A DNA stretch of 39,269 bases from the UHGV virus genome UHGV-0135878; one strand, given 5' to 3'. The stretch is from a virus. The position numbers and the translations under genes were made by a program. Below the pieces are notes generated by a model. It made no database searches. It had not been told where the DNA came from and saw nothing but the letters and a program-made list of their open reading frames with translations. Positions 1-9,857 of the stretch are shown in pieces; the stretch's first letter is position 1; every line of letters begins with the position of its first letter.

Positions 1-537
1 ATGCGTCGCGCTAACGATCCGCAACGGCGAGAAAAAATTATCCAGGCCACGCTGGAGGCGGTGAAACTTTACGGAATACATGCTGTTACGCACCGCAAAA
101 TTGCTACCCTTGCCGGGGTACCGTTGGGATCGATGACCTACTATTTTTCAGGAATTGATGAGTTGTTGCTGGAGGCGTTCAGCAGTTTTACTGAGATTAT
201 GTCCCGGCAATATCAGGCATTTTTTAGCGATGTTAGTGATGCTCAAGGCGCATGCCAGGCTATCACCGATATGATCTACAGCTCACAGGTTGCAACGCCG
301 GATAATATGGAGCTGATGTACCAGCTCTACGCGCTGGCTAGCCGAAAACCGCTATTAAAAACGGTAATGCAAAACTGGATGCAGCGCAGTCAGCAAACGC
401 TCGAACAATGGTTTGAACCCGGAACCGCCCGCGCGCTTGATGCGTTTATTGAGGGGATGACGCTGCATTTTGTCACCGACCGTAAGCCGCTATCGCGCGA
501 GGAGATTTTGAGGATGGTTGAGAGGGTTGCAGGGTAG
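1..537 (+). CDS. rcdA: TetR-family transcriptional regulator RcdA (YbjK)
   Basis: 178-aa ORF from ATG at 1 with N-terminal TetR-type HTH; recognised from memory as E. coli YbjK/RcdA, the K-12 neighbour of ybjL. Confidence 0.85.
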   Translation: MRRANDPQRREKIIQATLEAVKLYGIHAVTHRKIATLAGVPLGSMTYYFSGIDELLLEAFSSFTEIMSRQYQAFFSDVSDAQGACQAITDMIYSSQVATPDNMELMYQLYALASRKPLLKTVMQNWMQRSQQTLEQWFEPGTARALDAFIEGMTLHFVTDRKPLSREEILRMVERVAG

Positions 538-659
538 TAGATAAATTTTAGATAACAAAAAACCCATTTATGTAAACGGGTTAATGAAAACAATAAGTTA
601 GAGTAAAAACAATAAGTTGGGTTGGTGGTCAGTGGTGGTTATTACGGGGTAATGCCAAC

Positions 660-682
660 CGCTGCCGCCACTTTGTCGCCAT
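660..682. repeat. Candidate attL core (cgctgccgccaCtttgtcgccat)
   Basis: 22/23 identical to 36415-36437; abuts the stop codon of the 682-1437 gene; exact crossover not determinable from sequence alone. Confidence 0.45.
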
Positions 683-1437
683 TAAGAAGGTGATGACTGG
701 TCTTTGATAGCTAGAAGTCCCCATGAGAAAACTTCTTTGGCATCGCTTATTAAACCATCCTCTATAAATTGCTGTGTCTCAGCCCATTCCATATCACTGA
801 CATAGTGTACTAGCGTATTTGTCTGGATTGGGATTTCTTCAAATTGCTCGATTCGACGTTTGAAACTACATTCAGGATCTGAACAACGGCATGTGCGTCT
901 TATATCATCTACCCTACAGAGTAAAAGGGAGTAGGGGGTCTCAAGTGGTGCACAGTAGTCAACCCGATAGTTATGAGATCGTGTTGGCTGGATGTTATGA
1001 AGGGGATCTAAAAGCACAATATTAAAAATTTGGTTCTCATCCCAAAAGCCAACAACTCTACCAAGGGCAGTAGATATCTGAAATTGTAGTAAGGGGTATT
1101 CTTCGTCATTTTCAAGGTAATCAGTGTCAATCCATGTCAACTGGCTACGTTGTACGGGTATATTTCTTTGTTCCCAGTTTATTGAATGATAGCGCCATGC
1201 CTCTCTATCGGCCCCACTGGTAATAAAGCCTTTGACATCTTTTTGAGAAAGCTCAGATAATTTTCCAATTAGTGAAACAAACCAGCCTGAATTGGTACGG
1301 TCTAACCCAAAATTATCAATTTGACGCCAATAACGAAAAGAAAATGCCCACTTTTTTTCGGGTGCAGAGGGCGTTTTTGGGGTCTGTGCCGCTGTTGGTT
1401 GATTTGCCCCTAATGAAGGGCGGTAGGCGTTCACCAT
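682..1437 (-). CDS. Hypothetical 251-aa protein, downstream partner of the Panacea-domain gene (candidate toxin/effector)
   Basis: ATG at 1437 lies 5 nt after the stop of the upstream gene (operon arrangement); AT-rich; no motif recognised; Cys cluster CRCSDPEC; stop codon overlaps attL repeat. Confidence 0.6.
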   Translation of the reverse strand: MVNAYRPSLGANQPTAAQTPKTPSAPEKKWAFSFRYWRQIDNFGLDRTNSGWFVSLIGKLSELSQKDVKGFITSGADREAWRYHSINWEQRNIPVQRSQLTWIDTDYLENDEEYPLLQFQISTALGRVVGFWDENQIFNIVLLDPLHNIQPTRSHNYRVDYCAPLETPYSLLLCRVDDIRRTCRCSDPECSFKRRIEQFEEIPIQTNTLVHYVSDMEWAETQQFIEDGLISDAKEVFSWGLLAIKDQSSPS

Positions 1438-1442
1438 GGCTA

Positions 1443-1910
1443 TTAATTTAATCGGCTACGATAAAAGTCTCTTGTTATGTTGCGATCGATGACTACTTCA
1501 CAACGTGCTGAAGGTCTGTAACCCTCACGAGCCTTAATCCATGGTTCTTCTTTATGAGTCATATCTTCAAGTTGTGCGCCAGAAAAAGCACCGTAGACTT
1601 CAAGAACGCCATCAATATGAGCTGCGGTTGCGGCTGGAATGGATGAAAGATCAAACCCAGGAGTGCGATCTGCAATCGTTATGTCCGAATACAGTGATTT
1701 TGTAGAAGAGAACCGGTTATAAATCGCACGGCTTACTGGGCCATGAATCCAAGCTTGAAACTCCTCATCCACTAACTTTTTATCGAAAAAAGCTAGATAC
1801 CAAGCATCTGCGTAATAAGCTAATTTTTGCAGCTTCAAATTAGACATAGTTTCACCTGAAGCTAAGATTTTTGTGATGATGTAATCACATAATTGGTTAA
1901 TATTTATCAT
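1443..1910 (-). CDS. Panacea (DUF4065) domain protein, SocA/GepA-like putative antitoxin
   Basis: 155 aa; strong RBS GAGGGA before ATG at 1910; KLQKLAYYADAWYL and C-terminal THKEEPW motifs match DUF4065 as remembered. Confidence 0.6.
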   Translation of the reverse strand: MININQLCDYIITKILASGETMSNLKLQKLAYYADAWYLAFFDKKLVDEEFQAWIHGPVSRAIYNRFSSTKSLYSDITIADRTPGFDLSSIPAATAAHIDGVLEVYGAFSGAQLEDMTHKEEPWIKAREGYRPSARCEVVIDRNITRDFYRSRLN

Positions 1911-2075
1911 TATTTATCCCTCTAGGCTTGGTGTCTAAGCAGCCAATCTTATTAAAGATATCGACCGTTAGAAATCTTTGAATACCAAGTTAACTTATAG
2001 TGGCATACATAGCTGAATAAATCGAGATTCAAACGTGCTAAAATGTGATGAATATGGATGAGCAGTGCTTTCATT

Positions 2076-3095
2076 TTACGTAGTTACCATAGTTGCTAAT
2101 GGATTAAAACGTAGCGCTGTTTCTAGGTGGTCAGGAGCCAGATGAGCATAGCGCATGGTCATTTTTATGTCGTGATGCCCAAGGATTTTCTGCAGAGCCA
2201 GGATGTTTCCGCCGGACATCATAAAGTGTGCTGCGAACGTATGACGCAGAACGTGTGTTAGCTGACCGCGTGGAAGCACAATAGAAGTCTTATCCATTAC
2301 AGATAAAAACTGGAAGTAGCAGTCAGTGAAGAAATTGAAACCGTCTAGGGCAATGATTTCCTCATACAGCTCTTTGCTAATCGGAATGCTTCGGTTCTTT
2401 TTGCCTTTGGTCCTGACGAATGTGATCCGGTATTTCGTAACCTGAGAACGGGTTAGGTTCACAGCTTCGCGCCAGCGTGCTCCGGTGCTCAGACAGATTT
2501 TAACGACAAGAGCGAGCAGGGGACTTTGGCGGTTGCAGTCGTACAATAGCTCGGTAATTTGTTCATGCGTCAGCCAGGCCATCTCCTTTTCTGCGATGGT
2601 GAATTTTCGCATGTTCTCCAGTGGGTTCGGATACGACCATTCGCCCAGGCGGGATAGTTCGCTAAAAACACTACTTAGATAGCTTTGCTCCAGGTTAATG
2701 GTGACCGGGCTTGCTCCTTTCTTCCATTTCTCGCTGAAGTAGATCTCGCCTGTCAGGCGTTTATCTCGATAGTGGGCAAACATTTTAGAGGTGAGATCAG
2801 TTGCAAGGGGATTGCCCAGAGCGTCAACCATCAGCAGCAATTTGTCATAGACATGCTGCCCAGCAGTCAGTGATTTACCATGTAGTTTGAACCATAGCTC
2901 AACCACGTCTTTTAGTGTTCGACGATCCACTGATTCACCTAGCCAGGGCTTTGCTTCGGTTTCTTCCATCGTGTGACGCTCAAAAGCCAGTGCTTCGCCT
3001 TTGGTGGCGAATTGTTTACGCACACGACGCCCACTACGTCCGGCGGGGTAACATTCGCAAAGCCATTTTCCTGTGGTGAGTTTTCGTACAGCCAT
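2076..3095 (-). CDS. int: Tyrosine integrase (P2 Int family)
   Basis: ATG at 3095 chosen over track start 3251 (P2-like N-terminus MAVRKLTTGKW); C-terminal LRHTFA...MRYAHL catalytic R-H-R-Y signature. Confidence 0.9.
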   Translation of the reverse strand: MAVRKLTTGKWLCECYPAGRSGRRVRKQFATKGEALAFERHTMEETEAKPWLGESVDRRTLKDVVELWFKLHGKSLTAGQHVYDKLLLMVDALGNPLATDLTSKMFAHYRDKRLTGEIYFSEKWKKGASPVTINLEQSYLSSVFSELSRLGEWSYPNPLENMRKFTIAEKEMAWLTHEQITELLYDCNRQSPLLALVVKICLSTGARWREAVNLTRSQVTKYRITFVRTKGKKNRSIPISKELYEEIIALDGFNFFTDCYFQFLSVMDKTSIVLPRGQLTHVLRHTFAAHFMMSGGNILALQKILGHHDIKMTMRYAHLAPDHLETALRFNPLATMVTT

Positions 3096-3283
3096 AAAAA
3101 ATGCCCTCCAATAGAGAGCATTTTTACTGTATGTATAACCAGTGTCAATATATGAAATCCTGCGACCATACATCTCACTGAAGCCATAATGAAGTAGGCT
3201 ATTCTTTTTGCTATGTGAGCATGTAACTTTTGCGGTTAACCTGTGGCTCATTTTTATTTTAGGCGCAGATATAAAAGCAAAAG

Positions 3284-3475
3284 TTATCGTGAGTTTTTAG
3301 TACAGATTTTTTTGGATTTACTAATAGTTCCATCATTGCAAACGAATTTGCCATCTGAGGTACAGTGAGAAACACCTCCCTTTTTCCCTGAGCAGGGATA
3401 ATTTCTAGCATAGGTAGCTAGTGGGTTTAATAACAAAGAACATGACAAAACCACAAAAAATACCTTACCAAGCAT
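3284..3475 (-). CDS. Small secreted Cys-rich protein (63 aa, signal peptide, 4 Cys in mature part)
   Basis: ATG at 3475 preceded by strong RBS GGGAGGA; starts 15 nt after the cI stop on the same strand; N-terminal hydrophobic signal-like segment. Confidence 0.5.
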   Translation of the reverse strand: MLGKVFFVVLSCSLLLNPLATYARNYPCSGKKGGVSHCTSDGKFVCNDGTISKSKKICTKNSR

Positions 3476-3490
3476 AATTTCCTCCCGGTA

Positions 3491-4060
3491 CTATTTAACA
3501 TACTTGACTGTTAAACTTATAATTTTACCAATTATTTCAATGTCTTCTATCTTGCATTCGAAGGCTCTGTTTCCACCCTCGACGAAGATTCTTCCACCGG
3601 GTAAACGAGTAATGTCACGGATCGTTATTTCGCCATCAATACTTATTACCCATTTACCATCACGTATATCATCAAATTCCTTATCACAAATAAATTCAGA
3701 ATTATTATCTGTGATTACAAAAAGATTCTTGAATGCCGACGGTAGAAATTCTCTATCGAAAATATAAAAACCGTCTTCACACAAGGCCCCATCAGATAAT
3801 ACATATTTAGCAACTTCCATAGTATTTGTATTACCTGAAGTTTGCTTTGAACCATGCCCGGTTGTGAGCCAATTAAGCGAGGTGCCTGTTTCAAGGGCGC
3901 ACTGGATTACCCATTCTGCTGGGAATGAGTCACGCATGTAGCGTGTGGCGAGTGTACTTTTAGAGATTCCTAAATGATCGCACAACGCCTGTCGAGTCTT
4001 GAATCCATATGCTTCTACCATGCGCTCTATAGCGCCTCGTCCGCCTTTCTCCAAATTCAT
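3491..4060 (-). CDS. cI: Immunity repressor, 186 CI-like HTH protein
   Basis: 189 aa from ATG at 4060 (RBS GGAG); HTH-containing N-terminus; position and orientation between int and the divergent early operon; size matches 186 CI rather than P2 C. Confidence 0.7.
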   Translation of the reverse strand: MNLEKGGRGAIERMVEAYGFKTRQALCDHLGISKSTLATRYMRDSFPAEWVIQCALETGTSLNWLTTGHGSKQTSGNTNTMEVAKYVLSDGALCEDGFYIFDREFLPSAFKNLFVITDNNSEFICDKEFDDIRDGKWVISIDGEITIRDITRLPGGRIFVEGGNRAFECKIEDIEIIGKIISLTVKYVK

Positions 4061-4084
4061 GGTCACTCCAAGTGAACTTTTATC

Positions 4085-4113
4085 TTGACGATTTCACTGT
4101 GCGATCGTATGTT
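4085..4113 (+). promoter_or_regulatory. Candidate early lytic promoter (TTGACG -17- TATGTT)
   Basis: -35 at 4085-4090 and -10 at 4108-4113 with 17-nt spacer, about 70 nt upstream of the first early gene. Confidence 0.3.
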
Positions 4114-4185
4114 TATGGTGTTCACAAAATACAAACGATCCGTATTCGTCCTGATTAATCATCATTAAACGAGGAATGTTGCATC

Positions 4186-4407
4186 ATGAGACCTAACATT
4201 TCAATCACTCTTACTACACCTCATGTGACTATTGAACGCTATAGCGAGCTGACAGGGCTATCCATCGATACCATCAATGACATGTTGGCTGATGGACGCC
4301 TTATCCGTCACCGTCTGCGCAAAGATAAAAAACGCGAAAAAGTGATGATCAACATAGCAGCAATGACCGTTGATGCGCTTTCAGAATGCAATCTAAACCT
4401 TAATTAG
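4186..4407 (+). CDS. Apl/Cox-like excisionase-regulator (small HTH protein)
   Basis: 73-aa first gene of the early operon; RBS GAGGAA; position equivalent to 186 apl / P2 cox. Confidence 0.55.
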   Translation: MRPNISITLTTPHVTIERYSELTGLSIDTINDMLADGRLIRHRLRKDKKREKVMINIAAMTVDALSECNLNLN

Positions 4408-4439
4408 TTCGATTCTGAAATACATCAGAGGCATTGACC

Positions 4440-4949
4440 ATGTTTGATTACCAAGTTTCCAAACATCCACATTTTGATGAATCCTGTCGTGCATTCGCAT
4501 TGCGCCACAACCTGGTGCAACTGGCAGAACGTGCTGGCATGAATGTGCAGATTCTGCGGAACAAGTTGAACCCAGCTCAACCTCATTTATTAACCGCACC
4601 AGAAATCTGGCTGCTTACCGATCTGACTGAAGATTCAACGCTGGTAGATGGTTTTCTGGCTCAGATTCACTGCCTGCCATGCGTACCGATTAATGAGGTG
4701 GCAAAAGAGAAACTGCCACATTACGTCATGAGTGCAACCGCAGAGATCGGGCGTGTTGCTGCAGGTGCGGTATCTGGCGATGTAAAAACCAGTGCAGGTC
4801 GTCGTGATGCTATCAGCAGCATTAACTCTGTAACACGACTGATGGCGTTGGCTGCTGTTTCATTGCAGGCCCGTTTACAGGCTAACCCTGCGATGGCGAG
4901 TGCAGTTGATACCGTGACTGGCCTCGGTGCTTCATTTGGTTTGCTGTGA
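4440..4949 (+). CDS. cII: CII-like lysogeny establishment regulator (186 CII family)
   Basis: 169 aa from ATG at 4440 (track start 4434 is TTG); N-terminus [10 protein letters not shown] matches remembered 186 CII. Confidence 0.75.
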   Translation: MFDYQVSKHPHFDESCRAFALRHNLVQLAERAGMNVQILRNKLNPAQPHLLTAPEIWLLTDLTEDSTLVDGFLAQIHCLPCVPINEVAKEKLPHYVMSATAEIGRVAAGAVSGDVKTSAGRRDAISSINSVTRLMALAAVSLQARLQANPAMASAVDTVTGLGASFGLL

Positions 4950-4956
4950 GGTGCTT

Positions 4957-5253
4957 ATGCTGACGAAAGAACCATCATTTGCATCGCTGCTGGTAAAACA
5001 AAGCCCGGCAATGCACTACGGTCACGGCTGGATCACGGGTGAGGATGGAAAACGCTGGCATCCATGTCATTCACAAGATGAATTGCTGTCTGAATTGACC
5101 ACGAGGAAACGGAGAAAGTCCAAATGTATGCGGCAGAAAGTGAAGTGGTTTATCAGTTTCGTTACAGAGGGGAGAGTTATTCAGTACCTGAAGATGATTT
5201 GCTCTGTTGCTATCCGTCATTGTCGGGCGATGGCAGTTACTTTTTCACGTTAA
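4957..5253 (+). CDS. Hypothetical early protein (frame uncertain)
   Basis: ATG at 4957 with RBS GAGGTG; C-terminal half is low-complexity and overlaps the better-supported ORF 5124-5348 in another frame. Confidence 0.3.
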   Translation: MLTKEPSFASLLVKQSPAMHYGHGWITGEDGKRWHPCHSQDELLSELTTRKRRKSKCMRQKVKWFISFVTEGRVIQYLKMICSVAIRHCRAMAVTFSR

Positions 5254-5348
5254 AGGATGGGACGTTTTTACGGGGAGAGCAGGTTAAAGAGACGATACGA
5301 AAAAATGTATCTCCTCTTGAGCGTTACCGTAAGAACAAAGAACGATAG
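5124..5348 (+). CDS. Hypothetical early protein (74 aa)
   Basis: ATG at 5124 with RBS GGAGAAAG; protein-like composition. Confidence 0.4.
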   Translation: MYAAESEVVYQFRYRGESYSVPEDDLLCCYPSLSGDGSYFFTLKDGTFLRGEQVKETIRKNVSPLERYRKNKER

Positions 5349-5370
5349 CTGCGTTTGGGGGATATGAAGT

Positions 5371-5712
5371 ATGGCAATTAATGGCGCTGCAGCGACTGTT
5401 CCATTAAGCCCCGGTGAACGCCTGAATGGACTTAATCACATTGCGGAGTTAAGGGCGAAAGTGTTTGGCCTGAATATTGAGTCAGAGCTTGAGCGGTTTA
5501 TTAAAGATATGCGTGATCCACGGGATATCAATAATGAACAAAATAAACGGGCACTGGCTGCCATATTCTTTATGGCAAAAATTCCAGCTGAACGTCATAG
5601 CATCAGCATTAATGAGCTGACCACTGACGAAAAGCGGGAGTTGATTAAAGCAATGAATCATTTTCGTGCAGTGGTGAGCTTATTTCCCAGACGGCTAACC
5701 ATGCCGAATTAA
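5371..5712 (+). CDS. Hypothetical early protein (113 aa)
   Basis: ATG at 5371 with RBS GGGGGA; in the early operon. Confidence 0.55.
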   Translation: MAINGAAATVPLSPGERLNGLNHIAELRAKVFGLNIESELERFIKDMRDPRDINNEQNKRALAAIFFMAKIPAERHSISINELTTDEKRELIKAMNHFRAVVSLFPRRLTMPN

Positions 5713-5779
5713 CCAACTAATGAAATTAATGGCGTAAACCCGCCGGGCATCCCTTTATCTAAATTCAGGAGAATTGATT

Positions 5780-6013
5780 ATGCGTAATATTGAAACCCTC
5801 ACGACTAAAACCGGACCGGATGACGCAGGGCTTAATATTTTACTGACAGAGGCTCGTCTGGAAGAACGCCGGGCAAGGGCTGAAGCAATGGCTGCCCGCC
5901 TTGATAGTCTTGCGTGTCATATCACATCCCGCCAGCTAAACCACGTCGAAGCGGCAGAACTGCTGCGTGTGACCGCTGAAGCAATCCAGAACGAAGCGCA
6001 GGAGATCCACTAA
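5780..6013 (+). CDS. Hypothetical early protein (77 aa)
   Basis: ATG at 5780 with RBS CAGGAGA (track start 5774 is TTG). Confidence 0.5.
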   Translation: MRNIETLTTKTGPDDAGLNILLTEARLEERRARAEAMAARLDSLACHITSRQLNHVEAAELLRVTAEAIQNEAQEIH

Positions 6014-6240
6014 TGGCTGATGCAATGGATCTCGTACAGCAGCGCGTTGAAGAAGAACGCCAGCGCCATATCCGTGCTGCCCGTGCCAAAACACCGGGCG
6101 TGTCTCGCGTGCTTTGTATTGAATGTGAAGCGCCAATTCCGCCAGCACGCCGCCGCGCCATTCCTGGAGTGCAGCTTTGCATTACCTGCCAGGAAATCGC
6201 AGAGCTGAAAGGCAAACATTACAACGGAGGTGCTGTATGA
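6013..6240 (+). CDS. TraR/DksA-family C4 zinc-finger protein
   Basis: 75 aa; CxxC...CxxC (CIECEAP...CITCQ) typical of phage TraR-like proteins; start overlaps previous stop. Confidence 0.7.
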   Translation: MADAMDLVQQRVEEERQRHIRAARAKTPGVSRVLCIECEAPIPPARRRAIPGVQLCITCQEIAELKGKHYNGGAV

Positions 6241-7094
6241 GCACCATCCTGAAATGGGCGGGTAATAAAACCGCCATTATGTCCGAACTGAAAAAATACC
6301 TTCCTGCTGGCCCGCGACTGGTTGAACCTTTCGCGGGTTCTTGTGCTGTGATGATGGCGACGGATTACCCCAGCTATCTGGTTGCGGATATTAATCCTGA
6401 TTTAATCAACCTCTATAAAAAGATTGCCGCTGATTGCGAAGCGTTTATATCTCGTGCCAGAGTTTTATTTGAGGAAGCAAACAGTGAGCTGGCTTATTAC
6501 AACATAAGACAGGAGTTTAATTACTCAACTGAAATTACTGATTTCATGAAGGCGATATATTTCCTGTATCTCAATCGTCACGGTTACCGTGGTTTATGTC
6601 GCTATAACAAGAGCGGGCATTTCAACATTCCCTACGGTAATTATAAAAATCCGTATTTCCCTGAAAAAGAAATTCGCGCATTTGCAGAGAAAGCCCCGCG
6701 GGCAACGTTTATCTGCGCCAGCTTTGATGAAACGCTGGCGATGTTGAAGGCGGGGGATGTGGTGTATTGCGATCCGCCGTATGACGGTACGTTTTCCGGC
6801 TATCACACTGATGGTTTCACTGAAGATGACCAGTATCACCTGGCATCCGTTCTTGAACATCGGTCGTCAGAAGGTCATCCGGTCATTGTTTCTAACAGTG
6901 ACACATCCCTGATTCGTTCGCTGTATCGCAATTTCACTCACCACTACATCAAGGCAAAACGCAGCATCGGCGTGTCGGCTGGCGAGAGTAAATCTGCAAC
7001 AGAAATCATTGCTGTTTCCGGGGCGCGCTGCTGGGTGGGATTTGATCCTTCGCGTGGCGTGGATAGTTCTGCTGTGTACGAGGTGCGTGTATGA
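6237..7094 (+). CDS. DNA adenine methyltransferase (Dam family)
   Basis: 285 aa from ATG at 6237; DPPY catalytic motif ([10 protein letters not shown]) and N-terminal FAGSCAV AdoMet motif. Confidence 0.85.
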   Translation: MSTILKWAGNKTAIMSELKKYLPAGPRLVEPFAGSCAVMMATDYPSYLVADINPDLINLYKKIAADCEAFISRARVLFEEANSELAYYNIRQEFNYSTEITDFMKAIYFLYLNRHGYRGLCRYNKSGHFNIPYGNYKNPYFPEKEIRAFAEKAPRATFICASFDETLAMLKAGDVVYCDPPYDGTFSGYHTDGFTEDDQYHLASVLEHRSSEGHPVIVSNSDTSLIRSLYRNFTHHYIKAKRSIGVSAGESKSATEIIAVSGARCWVGFDPSRGVDSSAVYEVRV

Positions 7095-9505
7095 GTCATG
7101 CCGATATGAGCGACTCTAGCGGCTTTAACGAGGCCGCTGCAGCATTTTCATGGAACGGCCCGAAAAAGGCCATAAACCCTTATCTGGACCCGGCGGAAGT
7201 TGCGCCGGTTTCTGCGCTTTCAAACCTGATCACTCTGTATGCTGCCGATAACGAGCAGGAACAGCTGCGCCGCGAGGAATTGAGTGAACAGGTCTGGGAG
7301 CGTTATTTCTTTAATGAATCCCGTGATCCTGTCCAGCGCGAAATGGAGCAGGATAAGCTCATTAGTCGGGCAAAGCTGGCGCATGAGCAGCAGCGTTTTA
7401 ACCCGGACATGGTCATTCTGGCGGACGTCAGCGCCCAGCCCACCCACATCAGCAAGCCGCTGATGCAACGTATCGAATACTTCAGCAGCCTGGGCAGGCC
7501 AAAGGCTTATTCCCGCTATTTGCGTGAGACGATTAAGCCATGTCTGGAGCGACTGGATTGTGTACGCGACAGTCAGCTATCTACTTCTTTCCGTTTTATG
7601 GCAAGCCATCAAGGGCTGGAGGGCCTGCTGATCCTGCCTGAAATGAGTCAGGATCAGGTGAAACGCCTGTCCACCCTGGTAGCTGCGCATATGAGCATGT
7701 GTCTTGAGGCCGCTTGTGGTGATTTGTATACCAACGATGACGTAAAGCCAGAAGAAATCCGCAAGACATGGGAAAAGGTGGCAGCGGAAACCCTGCGTCT
7801 GGATGTTATCCCGCCTGCGTTTGAGAAACTTCGTCGGAAAAGAAACCGCCGCAAACCTGTGCCCTATGAACTCATACCGGGTTCGCTGGCACGTATGCTT
7901 TGCGCCGACTGGTGGTATCGAAAATTGTGGAAGATGCGTTGCGAATGGCGGGAAGAGCAGTTGCGTGCTGTCTGTCTGGTCAGCAAAAAAGCATCTCCCT
8001 ATGTCAGCTATGAAGCCGTGATGCATAAACGTGAGCAGCGCCGCAAGTCGCTGGAGTTTTTCCGTTCTCATGAACTGGTGAACGAAGACGGAGACACGCT
8101 GGATATGGAAGATGTGGTAAACGCCAGCAGCAGCAACCCGGCACATCGCCGCAATGAGATGATGGCCTGCGTTAAAGGTCTGGAGCTTATCGCGGAAATG
8201 CGCGGTGACTGCGCCGTTTTCTACACCATCACATGTCCGTCACGTTTCCATTCCACGCTCAATAACGGCAGGCCCAACCCGACCTGGACAAATGCGACGG
8301 TAAGACAAAGCAGCGATTATCTGGTCGGCATGTTTGCTGCATTTCGTAAGGCGATGCACAAAACCGGGTTGCGCTGGTATGGCGTACGGGTGGCTGAGCC
8401 GCACCATGACGGTACTGTGCACTGGCATCTCATGTGTTTCATGCGCAAAAAAGACCGCCGCGCCATTACTGCATTGTTGCGTAAGTTTGCCATCCGTGAA
8501 GACCGCGAGGAGCTGGGCAATAACACGGGCCCACGCTTTAAGTCTGAGCTGATAAACCCACGCAAAGGAACGCCGACAAGCTACATCGCAAAATACATCA
8601 GTAAGAACATTGACGGGCGTGGTCTGGCTGGCGAGATCAGCAAGGAAACGGGTAAATCCCTGCGTGATAACGCCGAATACGTTAATGCCTGGGCGTCTCT
8701 GCATCGTGTTCAGCAGTTCCGCTTCTTTGGTATTCCGGGGCGCCAGGCTTACCGTGAACTGCGATTGCTGGCTGGTCAGGCGGCAAGACAACAGGGTGAC
8801 AAAAAAGCAGGTGCGCCGGTACTGGATGATCCGCGTCTTGATGCCATCCTGGCTGCTGCTGATGCTGGTTGTTTTGCCACCTACATCATGAAGCAGGGCG
8901 GCGTACTGGTTCCCCGCAAATATCACCTTATCAGAACAGCTTATGAAATTAACGAAGAGCCGACTGCCTATGGCGATCACGGTATTCGTATTTATGGCAT
9001 CTGGTCACCCATTTCAGAGGGCAAGATCTGCACTCATGCAGTGAAGTGGAAAATGGTTCGTAAGGCCGTTGACGTTCAGGAGGCGGTAGCCGACCAGGGC
9101 GCTTGCGCCCCTTGGACTCGTGGCAATAACTGTCCCCTTGCTGAAAATTTGTACCAACAAGGGAAAGACAAATCAGCTGATGGGGGCTCCAGAACGGACA
9201 TTACCCGCATGGATGACAAGGAATTGCACGATTACCTGCACAGTATGAGCAAAAAAGATCGCCGGGAGCTGGCAGCAAGGTTGCGCTTGGTGAAACCGAA
9301 ACGGCGTAAAGACTACAAACAGCGAATTACAGATCATCAGCATCAGCAGCTCGTCTATGAACTGAAGTCCAGAGGATTTGATGGCAGCGAGAAAGAAGTC
9401 GATTTGCTCCTTCGCGGTGGCAGTATTCCGTCAGGAGCAGGCTTGCGTATCTTCTATCGGAACCAGCGTTTGCGGGAAGATGATAAGTGGCGGAACCTGT
9501 ATTAA
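7091..9505 (+). CDS. A: Replication initiation endonuclease (P2 gpA family, rolling-circle HUH nuclease)
   Basis: 804 aa; HUH-type motif (TVHWHLMCF) and tyrosine motif (YIAKYISK); position after early genes. Confidence 0.85.
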   Translation: MSHADMSDSSGFNEAAAAFSWNGPKKAINPYLDPAEVAPVSALSNLITLYAADNEQEQLRREELSEQVWERYFFNESRDPVQREMEQDKLISRAKLAHEQQRFNPDMVILADVSAQPTHISKPLMQRIEYFSSLGRPKAYSRYLRETIKPCLERLDCVRDSQLSTSFRFMASHQGLEGLLILPEMSQDQVKRLSTLVAAHMSMCLEAACGDLYTNDDVKPEEIRKTWEKVAAETLRLDVIPPAFEKLRRKRNRRKPVPYELIPGSLARMLCADWWYRKLWKMRCEWREEQLRAVCLVSKKASPYVSYEAVMHKREQRRKSLEFFRSHELVNEDGDTLDMEDVVNASSSNPAHRRNEMMACVKGLELIAEMRGDCAVFYTITCPSRFHSTLNNGRPNPTWTNATVRQSSDYLVGMFAAFRKAMHKTGLRWYGVRVAEPHHDGTVHWHLMCFMRKKDRRAITALLRKFAIREDREELGNNTGPRFKSELINPRKGTPTSYIAKYISKNIDGRGLAGEISKETGKSLRDNAEYVNAWASLHRVQQFRFFGIPGRQAYRELRLLAGQAARQQGDKKAGAPVLDDPRLDAILAAADAGCFATYIMKQGGVLVPRKYHLIRTAYEINEEPTAYGDHGIRIYGIWSPISEGKICTHAVKWKMVRKAVDVQEAVADQGACAPWTRGNNCPLAENLYQQGKDKSADGGSRTDITRMDDKELHDYLHSMSKKDRRELAARLRLVKPKRRKDYKQRITDHQHQQLVYELKSRGFDGSEKEVDLLLRGGSIPSGAGLRIFYRNQRLREDDKWRNLY

Positions 9506-9599
9506 TTACGCGGGTTAACAATTCGTGCTCTTAATAATACCAGGCATATCAGGCTGATGAACGTAAAAAAACGTTTTACATCAGTAAGATTATTATATA

Positions 9600-9615
9600 C
9601 TGTAAATATAAACAG
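9600..9615 (+). promoter_or_regulatory. LexA (SOS) box CTGTAAATATAAACAG
   Basis: With flanks taCTGTAAATATAAACAGtg, 17/20 match to the CTGT-N8-ACAG consensus; overlaps a likely -10 about 45 nt upstream of the 9659 start codon. Confidence 0.6.
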
Positions 9616-9658
9616 TGGTTATGTATACAGCATTTCTTGTGGTGTCATAGGAGGAAAG

Positions 9659-9847
9659 ATGCAGGACTATTTTTTGGAGTCTTTGAAGCTCCAGCGCATT
9701 GATTTTTTTCTTAAGCTTGTAGCGGCTAGTGAGTGTAGTGATGAAGAGAAGGGGCTGGCTTTGCAGTGGGTTTCTGAACTAACAGATGAACTCATGGCAA
9801 AAATCAGAACCCACGAATACAACCGCTCAATGGATGTCATCAGTTGA
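9659..9847 (+). CDS. Small SOS-controlled protein (62 aa), possible N-terminal part of a Tum-like antirepressor
   Basis: ATG at 9659 with strong RBS AGGAGGA just downstream of the LexA box; track start 9557 reads through the operator. Confidence 0.45.
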   Translation: MQDYFLESLKLQRIDFFLKLVAASECSDEEKGLALQWVSELTDELMAKIRTHEYNRSMDVIS

Positions 9848-9857
9848 GGTGACTTTT

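Noticed and set aside
2076-3251. Longer 391-aa version of the integrase ORF starting at 3251
   Set aside because: The N-terminal 52 residues have no RBS support and precede the conserved P2-type start MAVRKL; ATG at 3095 gives the expected ~339-aa integrase.
9557-9847. 96-aa version of the SOS-controlled ORF starting at 9557
   Set aside because: That start would translate through the promoter and LexA operator; ATG at 9659 with the AGGAGGA RBS is the plausible start.
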